Below, one piece after another: positions 1-7,146 of a stretch of DNA of 64,000 bases (position 1 is the stretch's first letter; the number at the start of each line of letters is the position of its first letter). The notes beneath the pieces were generated by a model that had not been told where the DNA came from, did no database searches, and saw only the letters and a list, made by a program, of their open reading frames with translations. Position numbers and translations under genes: made by a program. This stretch comes from Dehalococcoidia bacterium (GTDB taxonomy: Bacteria; Chloroflexota; Dehalococcoidia; UBA2979): contig CBDBMD010000003.1 in the NCBI GenBank assembly GCA_965207415.1, forward strand, positions 2,086,028-2,150,027. The letters run 5' to 3'.

Positions 1-1076
1 TTCTCCGGCGCCACGTAGGGCGCGCCGCTCTCCGCGTCCGAGCCGGGGTTCTGGTTGAACGCGAGGAAGGTGGTCCCGAAAGCGGGGCCACGCCGGTAGA
101 TGGTGAAGTTGCCCGCGCCCTCGAGCGGCTTGAGGCCCGCGTACTCCTCGCCTGTGACGCCGTGCACGTCCGTCTCGCCCGCCTCGAAGAGGGCGAGCTC
201 GGCCTCGATGTCGTCGACGAGCAGGTGCACGATGGTGTCGATGTAGGGGAGGCTGTTGCCCTCGGCGTCCTTCAGCCAGTAGCTCGGGTTGCGCCGCAGC
301 ACGACGCGCTCGCCGGGGGTGTAGCTCTCGATGGTGAATGGCCCCGTGCCGATCACCGTCGCCGGGTCCGCGTCGATGCCCCAGACGGAGTTGAAGGTGC
401 CGGCGTCGACGTGCGGCTCGAGGATGTGGCGCGGGTAGATCGCCGTGCCCATCGAGCGGATGAAGGGCGCGAACGACGTCGGCAGCACGAAGCGGACCGT
501 GTAGTCGTCCACCGCCGTCACGGTCATCGTGTCCTCGACCCACTCGCCGTCCTCGAGGAAGCGGAAGATGAAGGCCGCGCGGGTATTCGTCGGGATGTCC
601 TCGTTGTAGATGATGCGGTTGAAGGTGAAGTCCACGTCGTGCGCGGTGAACGGCTGGCCGTCGTGCCAGCTGACGTCGCGGCGCAGGGAGAAGGTCCAGG
701 TCAGCCCGTCCTCCGAGTGCTCCCAGGACTCGGCCAGCGAGGGCTCGACCTCGTCCGTCAGCCACGAGACCTCGGTCAGCCCGTCGAAGAGCAGGCTGAG
801 CAGGCCGGAGGAGTAGGCGTCGTTCGCCAGCGGGAGGTTGAAGGTCAGCGGCTCGCCGATGGTCGACGACGTAAACGTGCCGCCCGGCTCCCCGATCTCG
901 TACTCGAACGCCGCGGCGTTCTCCATGAGCGAGCCGACGATCGCCTCGGGCGTGTCGGTGGCGTCCCCGTCGCCCTCGTCGTCACCGTCGCCGTCGCCGC
1001 AGGCGGCGAGGGCTAGCGCGGCGGTGAGCAAGAGCAGCACGAGGAACCTCGAGCGCGTCATGAGCCACGTCGACAT
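1..1076 (-). CDS. ABC transporter substrate-binding lipoprotein, family 5 (Dpp/Opp/Nik-like); C-terminus runs off the window edge
   Basis: Minus-strand translation from ATG at 1076 with GGAGGA 5 nt upstream gives MSTWLMTRSRFLVLLLLTAALALAACG (lipobox). It continues with SBP family-5-like sequence (WHDGQPFTAHDVDFTF..., PGERVVLRRNPSYW). It is absent from the ORF track because it stays open to position 1. Plus-strand ORFs 162..1016 and 838..1170 are antisense artefacts. Confidence 0.8.
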   Translation of the reverse strand, partial: MSTWLMTRSRFLVLLLLTAALALAACGDGDGDDEGDGDATDTPEAIVGSLMENAAAFEYEIGEPGGTFTSSTIGEPLTFNLPLANDAYSSGLLSLLFDGLTEVSWLTDEVEPSLAESWEHSEDGLTWTFSLRRDVSWHDGQPFTAHDVDFTFNRIIYNEDIPTNTRAAFIFRFLEDGEWVEDTMTVTAVDDYTVRFVLPTSFAPFIRSMGTAIYPRHILEPHVDAGTFNSVWGIDADPATVIGTGPFTIESYTPGERVVLRRNPSYWLKDAEGNSLPYIDTIVHLLVDDIEAELALFEAGETDVHGVTGEEYAGLKPLEGAGNFTIYRRGPAFGTTFLAFNQNPGSDAESGAPYVAPE

Positions 1077-1222
1077 CGGTTCCTCCTTCAGCGTGCCCGC
1101 AGGTGAGACAGCATATCGCGGGTCCGGGTCAGGATCGTTCCGGCAGCCCGAAGGGTTTCGGGTAGGCTGAGGATGAGAGTTGCGCACTGCACGCACGGAC
1201 CCGGCGCAGCGAATGGGGGCGC

Positions 1223-4200
1223 GTGACCGCACGGCTGACGGCCCTGCTGGTGGCACTCGTGCTCGCCCTGCCGGGCGCCGCCACGGTCGACGCCCAAGGC
1301 GCGGGCGGCGAGACGGACGTCATCGAGGTGCGCGTCGCCGCGCGACGGCTGCTCAACGGCAACACGGAGTTCGCGACGCAGCAGCGCCAGGCGGACGGGT
1401 CGTGGGGCGAGCGCCTGCTGCCGCGGGCGCGCTTCTTCCCCGCGAGCACGAGGGTCGGACGCTGGCTTGCGAGCTCGCCGCTCACGGTGCGTCCCTCGGG
1501 CGGAAGCGGTGCGGCGGAGATCCGCGTTGCCGCGCGGCTGCTCGCCGATGGCCGCATGGAGTTCGCGGCGCAGCAGCGCCAGGCGGACGGGTCGTGGGGC
1601 GAGCGCCTGCTGCCGCGGGCGCGCTTCTTCCCCGCGAGCACGAGGGTCGGACGCTGGCTTGCGAGCACGCCGCTGACGGTGACGCTGCGGCTCCCGGGCT
1701 CGGTCGCCTCAGACCGCGCCGCCCTCGTGGCGTTCTATGAGGCGACGAACGGTTCGAACTGGGAGAGCAGCAGCAACTGGCTGAGCGACAGGCCGCTCGG
1801 CGAGTGGCACGGCGTCACCACCGATGACAGTGGGCGCGTGACGGAACTGAGACTACTCAATAGCAGGCTGGCTGGCTCGCTCCCGGCCGAGCTTGGAGGG
1901 CTCTCAAGCCTGGAGGTGCTGTGGATCTCCGACAGTCCCAGGGGCAGGCAGCTTGGCGGCCCCATCCCGGTTGAGTTGGGTCGGCTCACGAACCTCCGCG
2001 CGCTGATCATCAGCAACATCAGCTTGAGCGGGCCCATCCCGGCTGAGATTGGGCGCCTCACTAATCTGCGCACACTCGATCTTGGACATAACCAGTTGAG
2101 CGGGCCCATCCCGATTGCCGTTGGAAACCTCAGCAGTCTGGGCACGCTTGGCCTCGAGCAGAACAAATTGAGCGGGCCGCTCCCGGTTGAGCTCGGACGC
2201 CTCTCAGAGTTGCGTCAGCTTGAAGTGGGGTGGAACCAGTTGAGCGGTCCAATCCCGATCGAGCTGGGAACTCTCTCCAACCTGGAATGGCTCGACCTCG
2301 GCGGAACCAACCAGTTAAGCGGGCGAATCCCGGCTGAGTTCGGCAGCCTCACGAACCTGAAACACCTGGACCTCTCAGGGAACCGACTGACCGGGCCGAT
2401 CCTGGCAGAGTTGGCGAATCTCACCAATCTGCGTGAGCTGAACCTCTGGGGAAACCAGCTGACGGGCCCGATCCCGACTGAGTTCGGCAGCCTCACGAAC
2501 CTAGAGCGGCTGTACCTCGGGAGGAACCGCCTGACCGGGCCGATCTTGGCAGGGTTAGGGAATCTCACCAATCTGCGTGAGCTGAACCTGTCGTGGAACC
2601 AGCTGACGGGGCCGATCGCGCCTGAGTTAGGGGCCCTCAGGGGCCTGGAGTCGCTCTACCTCTCAGGGAACGCGCTGAGTGGATCGATCCCGCCTGAGTT
2701 GGGGGCCCTCAGGGGCCTGCGCTCGCTCAGCCTCACAGCGAACGCGCTGAGCGGACCGATCCCGCCTGAGTTGGGGGCCCTCAGGGGCTTGGAGTCGCTC
2801 TACCTCTCAGAGAACGTGCTGAGCGGGCCGATCCCGGCCGAGCTGGGCAGCCTCGGGAACTTGCGTAGGTTAGGCCTCGATGGCAACGAGCTTGGCGGGC
2901 CGATCCCGGCTGAATTGGGCAACCTCATCAAGTTGGACGGTTTGAACTTGCAGATGAACCGGTTGGGTGGGCCGATCCCGGCTGAGCTGGGCAACCTCAC
3001 GGCCGTTGCGACGTTGGAGCTCTCTGACAACGACTTGAGCGGCTCGATCCCGTCCGCGCTCGGCAGTCTCATCTCCCTCGAACGACTGACCCTCGGGGGC
3101 AACGAGTTGAGCGGGTGCGTACCCAACGCACTGGAGGACGTGCCGGAGAACGACCTCACCGATCTCGGCCTGCCCTTCTGCTCACCCGTGACGGTCACGC
3201 AGCCGGCGAAGGGGTCGGTGGCATCGGACCGGGCCGCCCTTGTCGCGCTCTACGAAGCGACAGGCGGGCCGGGCTGGACGAACAGTGCGAAGTGGTTGAG
3301 CCATGCGCCGATTGGCACGTGGTTCGGCGTCACCACGAACGAAGACGGCCGTGTGACGGCGCTGGCCCTCGACGACAACCGGCTGGCCGGTCCGATACCG
3401 CCCGAATTGGGCAGCCTCACTCAACTGAGGACGCTCGGTCTCTCAAGCAACGAGCTGAGCGGACCGATACCGGCTGCGTTGGGTCGACTCGCGAACCTGC
3501 TGTTACTCGATCTCTCAATCAACGAGCTGAGCGGACCGCTCCCGGTTGAGTTAGGCGACCTCACCAACCTGAGTACGCTTCATCTCCGGGACAACCAACT
3601 GAGCGGGCCGATCCCAGCCGAACTGGGACGTCTCTCCAATCTGCAATGGTTCAACCTCGGAGGAGGCAACCAGTTGAACGGGCTAATCCCGGTTCAGTTG
3701 GGCAACCTCACCAAGCTGGGATGGCTGAACCTCGCGGAGAATGAGCTGAGCGGGCCAATTCCCCTTGAGCTGGGCAACCTGACCAACCTGGTCGAGCTGA
3801 GGCTCTCGGGGAACCAGCTCAGCGGAACAATCCCGGTTCAGCTGGGCGGACTTGCCTTCCTGCAGGAGCTGTGGCTCGGTGGCAACAAGTTGAGCGGGGC
3901 GATCCCGGCTGAGCTGGGCGGCCTCACCAACCTCTGGTCGCTGCATCTCGGTGGCAACAAGTTGAGCTGGCCGATCCCGGCTGAGCTGGGCAACCTCACC
4001 CGCCTGCGAAACCTGCATCTCTTCCACAACCAGTTGAGCGGGCCGATCCCTACGGAGCTGGGCGACCTTGCCAATCTTTGGACGCTAGATCTCGCAGACA
4101 ATGCGCTGAGCGGGCCGATCCCGACCGAGTTGGGCCGACTCACCAACCTGCGGACGTTGCTGATCCAGCACAACGAGCTCAGTGGGCCGATCCCGCCGGA

Positions 4201-4402
4201 GTTGGGCAGCCTGCAAAAGCTGGGTCGGCTCGAACTCCATCACAATGAGCTGAGCGGCCCGATCCCGGTCGAGCTGGGGAGGCTTACGGATCTGATCATT
4301 CTGTACCTCAGAGACAACTTGCTTACCGGGTGCATCCCCGAGGAGCTGCGAGACATCTGGCGGAACGACCTCGGCGAGCTCGGCCTCTCCTTCTGCAACT
4401 AG
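1223..4402 (+). CDS. Secreted plant-type leucine-rich-repeat protein (1059 aa) with two LRRNT+LRR ectodomain-like arrays
   Basis: GTG start with signal peptide MTARLTALLVALVLALPGAATVDA. Two 64-aa N-terminal modules, with nt 1378..1476 identical to 1570..1668. Two copies of an LRRNT-like cap (GSVASDRAALVAxYEATxG..W..W.GVT.D..GRVT.L.L), each followed by about 17-20 24-residue repeats LxxLxxLxLxxNxLSGPIPxELGx. Each array ends with a Cys cap (LSGCVP...DLGLPFC and LTGCIP...LGLSFCN). Confidence 0.8.
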   Translation: MTARLTALLVALVLALPGAATVDAQGAGGETDVIEVRVAARRLLNGNTEFATQQRQADGSWGERLLPRARFFPASTRVGRWLASSPLTVRPSGGSGAAEIRVAARLLADGRMEFAAQQRQADGSWGERLLPRARFFPASTRVGRWLASTPLTVTLRLPGSVASDRAALVAFYEATNGSNWESSSNWLSDRPLGEWHGVTTDDSGRVTELRLLNSRLAGSLPAELGGLSSLEVLWISDSPRGRQLGGPIPVELGRLTNLRALIISNISLSGPIPAEIGRLTNLRTLDLGHNQLSGPIPIAVGNLSSLGTLGLEQNKLSGPLPVELGRLSELRQLEVGWNQLSGPIPIELGTLSNLEWLDLGGTNQLSGRIPAEFGSLTNLKHLDLSGNRLTGPILAELANLTNLRELNLWGNQLTGPIPTEFGSLTNLERLYLGRNRLTGPILAGLGNLTNLRELNLSWNQLTGPIAPELGALRGLESLYLSGNALSGSIPPELGALRGLRSLSLTANALSGPIPPELGALRGLESLYLSENVLSGPIPAELGSLGNLRRLGLDGNELGGPIPAELGNLIKLDGLNLQMNRLGGPIPAELGNLTAVATLELSDNDLSGSIPSALGSLISLERLTLGGNELSGCVPNALEDVPENDLTDLGLPFCSPVTVTQPAKGSVASDRAALVALYEATGGPGWTNSAKWLSHAPIGTWFGVTTNEDGRVTALALDDNRLAGPIPPELGSLTQLRTLGLSSNELSGPIPAALGRLANLLLLDLSINELSGPLPVELGDLTNLSTLHLRDNQLSGPIPAELGRLSNLQWFNLGGGNQLNGLIPVQLGNLTKLGWLNLAENELSGPIPLELGNLTNLVELRLSGNQLSGTIPVQLGGLAFLQELWLGGNKLSGAIPAELGGLTNLWSLHLGGNKLSWPIPAELGNLTRLRNLHLFHNQLSGPIPTELGDLANLWTLDLADNALSGPIPTELGRLTNLRTLLIQHNELSGPIPPELGSLQKLGRLELHHNELSGPIPVELGRLTDLIILYLRDNLLTGCIPEELRDIWRNDLGELGLSFCN
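1378..1668 (+). repeat. Intragenic tandem duplication (192-bp period, 99 bp perfectly identical) inside the secreted LRR gene
   Basis: 1378..1476 and 1570..1668 are identical and encode QQRQADGSWGERLLPRARFFPASTRVGRWLAS twice. Confidence 0.85.
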
Positions 4403-4411
4403 CCGTCCCGA

Positions 4412-5653
4412 CTACCCCCGAGGCAGGCCGAGGCCGCGGGTGGCGATGATGTTGCGCTGCACCTCGGAGGTGCCGCCGCGGATCGTCGCGGGGACGGCGC
4501 GCAGGTAGTTGTACGGCGGCGCGCCGCCCTGCGCGGCGTATGCGCTCTCCGGCCCGTCCTCCGTGCCCTGACCCCAGAGTTGCCCGTACAACCCGAACGT
4601 CTTGATGCTCGTCGCCGAGAGCCGCTGCAGCAGCTCCGAGTTGAACAGCTTCGAGGTCGAGGCCTCGTAGTTCGGCACCATTCCCGCCGCCTGGATCGAG
4701 ATCACGCGCGCCGAGAACTGGAACATCACGTCCGTCTCGATGTAGCGGTCGGCGACCTCGGTGCGCAGCGTCCCGCCGCGCCCGAGCAGCGACTTCGCCG
4801 CGCCCTCCTCGCTCGCGCAGTAGGCGAGCAGCTTCTCGATGCCACGCTGCATCGAGACGGCTCCCTCGATGTTGGAGCGCTCGAAGTCGAGCAGGTTCAT
4901 CGCGACGTACCAGCCGCGGTTCTCCTCGCCGACGATGTTGGAGACGGGCGTACGCACCTCCTCGTAGAAGGTCTCGTTGAAGTAGTGCACGTCGCTCATG
5001 TCGACCAGCGGCTGGACGCCGATACCCGGCGTCTTGCCGTCGACGAGCAGGAAGGAGATGCCGCGGTGCTTCGGCGCGGTCGGGTCGGTGCGGGTGAGCA
5101 GGAAGAACCAGTCGGCGGTGTGCGCCGCCGAGGTCCAGATCTTCTGCCCGTTGATCACGTAGTCGTCGCCGTCGCGGCGCGCGCTGGTGGAGAGCGAGGC
5201 GAGGTCCGAGCCGGCCCCCGGCTCCGAAAAGCCCTGCGCCCACGTCACCTCGCCGGAGAGGATGCGCGGCAGGTGCTCGCGCCGCTGCTCCTCGGTGCCG
5301 TTGATGATCAGCGTCGGCCCGAGCATGTTGGTGCCGGAGCCGCCGACCGCCGGGGCGCCGGAGCTCGCCAGCTCCTGCTTGAGGATGAACTGCTCCATCG
5401 AGCTGAGCCCGCCGCCGCCGTACTCTTCCGGCCAGTGCGGCGCGACCCAGTTGTGCTCGGCGAGGGCGTCCGACCAGGCGACGGCGGCCTCGCGGCGATC
5501 GGGGTCCTCGGACTTGCGGTCGAACTCCCAGGTGCGCTCGAGGCGATGCGCGTTGACGCCGCCGCTGCGGTAGCGCGCCGGGAGGCGCTCGGCGATCAGG
5601 CTGCGGACCTTCTCGCGAAAGTCCTGCTGCTCCTCGTTGTCGCTCCAGTCCAT
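4412..5653 (-). CDS. Acyl-CoA dehydrogenase
   Basis: The track ORF 4412..5848 is trimmed to the internal ATG (MDWSDNEEQQDF...) preceded by GGAGG. ACAD family motifs are present (GGGGLS..., WAQGFSEPGAGSDLAS, WTSAAHTADWFFLLTRTD, C-terminal GGTSEVQRNIIA). It lies 9 bp from the convergent LRR gene stop. Confidence 0.85.
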   Translation of the reverse strand: MDWSDNEEQQDFREKVRSLIAERLPARYRSGGVNAHRLERTWEFDRKSEDPDRREAAVAWSDALAEHNWVAPHWPEEYGGGGLSSMEQFILKQELASSGAPAVGGSGTNMLGPTLIINGTEEQRREHLPRILSGEVTWAQGFSEPGAGSDLASLSTSARRDGDDYVINGQKIWTSAAHTADWFFLLTRTDPTAPKHRGISFLLVDGKTPGIGVQPLVDMSDVHYFNETFYEEVRTPVSNIVGEENRGWYVAMNLLDFERSNIEGAVSMQRGIEKLLAYCASEEGAAKSLLGRGGTLRTEVADRYIETDVMFQFSARVISIQAAGMVPNYEASTSKLFNSELLQRLSATSIKTFGLYGQLWGQGTEDGPESAYAAQGGAPPYNYLRAVPATIRGGTSEVQRNIIATRGLGLPRG

Positions 5654-5693
5654 CGTTCGCCTCCGCCCTCCGGCGCTCTCCTGCGATTGCGTT

Positions 5694-6971
5694 CTATGCG
5701 ATGACGTCCGCCTCGCGCAGCGAGGCGAGTTCGTCGGCGCTGAAGCCGTGCTCCAGCAGCACCTCGTCGGTGTCGGCGGCGTAGGCCGGAGCCGGGCCGT
5801 GCACGGCCGTCGGCGTCTCCGACATCTGCACCACCGGCCCGGCGACACGCTGCGGCCCGGTGATCGGGTGCTCGAGGTCCCACATCAGGCCGAGCGCCCG
5901 CACCTGCTCGTCCTCCGGCAGATCCTCGGGAAAGCGCACCGGCGAGGCGGGGACGCCGCCCTCCTCGAAGCGCTCCATCCACTCCGCCACCGTGTGCTCG
6001 CGCATCAGGCGCTCGATCTGCGACTTCCACGCCTCGAAGCGCGGCTCGTTCTCCGGGTCCGTCGAGTCGTAGTCCGGGCTGTCGCCGTCGTCGTCGACGC
6101 CGAGCACGGCGCGGGCGGCGGCGCGCAGCGGTGGCGTGAGGCAGCCGAGGGCGATCGCGCCGTCCTTCGCCTGGTAGGAGCGGTAGTAGAGGCGCGGCGG
6201 GCCGGCCTCGGTGATGCGATGGCGGTCGCGGATCGCCATCTGGTCGCGGTAGGGCTTGCCGGCGGCGCGCGCCTCCTCGATCTCGGCGAGCATCGGGTCG
6301 CGCGTCACGGAGTCGCTGACCGGCTCGTCCATTACGTGGTAGTCGAGCAGCGAGAGCGCGGTGCGCAGCATCGAGGCCTGGATCAGCTGCCCCTTGCCCG
6401 TGCGTTCGCGGTGGTAGAGCGCGCTCGCGATCGCCATCGCCGAGGTGAGCCCCGTCGCGTAGTCGACGATCGGCGGGCGCGTGTACTGCGGGGTGCCCTC
6501 GTGGTCGACGCGGCCGATTACGGACATCAGGCCGCTGTAGGCGGTCATCGCGCCGTCGGTGGCCGGATCGAAGGCGCGAGGGCCCTCGCTGCCGTAGGCG
6601 CTGATCTCGCAGTAGATGAGGCCGGGGTGGAGCGCGGCGAGCTGCTCGTAGCCGACGCCGAGGCGTTCCGGGACGCCGGGCCGCATGTTGTGCATCAGTA
6701 CGTCGAAGCGCGGGACCAGGCGGTGCAGCACGGCCTGGCCGCGCGCGCTCTTGAGGTCGATCGCCACGGCGCGCTTGCCGCGGTTGAGGGACTGGAAGCG
6801 CTTGCCCTCCCGGGGGACGACAGCGCCGACGTTGCGGTAGTGCTCGCCCTCGCGCGGCTCGACCTTGACGACGTCGGCGCCGAGGTCGGAGAGATTGACG
6901 CCGCAGTAGGGACCCGCGGCGATCTGCGAGAACTCGAGCACGCGCACGCCATCGAGCGCACCGGGCGCCAT
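5694..6971 (-). CDS. CoA-transferase family III (CaiB/BaiF-type)
   Basis: Start reassigned to ATG (MAPGALDGVRVLEFSQIAAGPYCGVNLSDLGADVVKVEP...) with a GGAGGAG RBS. This is the typical family-III N-terminus. The upstream part of the track ORF is a frame extension. Confidence 0.85.
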   Translation of the reverse strand: MAPGALDGVRVLEFSQIAAGPYCGVNLSDLGADVVKVEPREGEHYRNVGAVVPREGKRFQSLNRGKRAVAIDLKSARGQAVLHRLVPRFDVLMHNMRPGVPERLGVGYEQLAALHPGLIYCEISAYGSEGPRAFDPATDGAMTAYSGLMSVIGRVDHEGTPQYTRPPIVDYATGLTSAMAIASALYHRERTGKGQLIQASMLRTALSLLDYHVMDEPVSDSVTRDPMLAEIEEARAAGKPYRDQMAIRDRHRITEAGPPRLYYRSYQAKDGAIALGCLTPPLRAAARAVLGVDDDGDSPDYDSTDPENEPRFEAWKSQIERLMREHTVAEWMERFEEGGVPASPVRFPEDLPEDEQVRALGLMWDLEHPITGPQRVAGPVVQMSETPTAVHGPAPAYAADTDEVLLEHGFSADELASLREADVIA

Positions 6972-7146
6972 CGTCGCTCCTCCGCTGCCGGTCCACCGGG
7001 TCCGGGGTCGTGTCGCCTCACTGGTCGCGAGACAGCCTACCGGAGGCGCGCCGCGCGAGGTAGGCGTGGAGCTACCGGAGGACGGCAAGGATCGCCCTGC
7101 TGGAGCAACGAACGAAGTAGCCCCGCGCCGAGGCTCGTCCGTCGAC

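Noticed and set aside
162-1170. Plus-strand ORFs 162..1016 and 838..1170
   Set aside because: Antisense to a clear minus-strand SBP family-5 lipoprotein gene. The composition (R/V/G/A/D-rich) is typical of GC artefacts.
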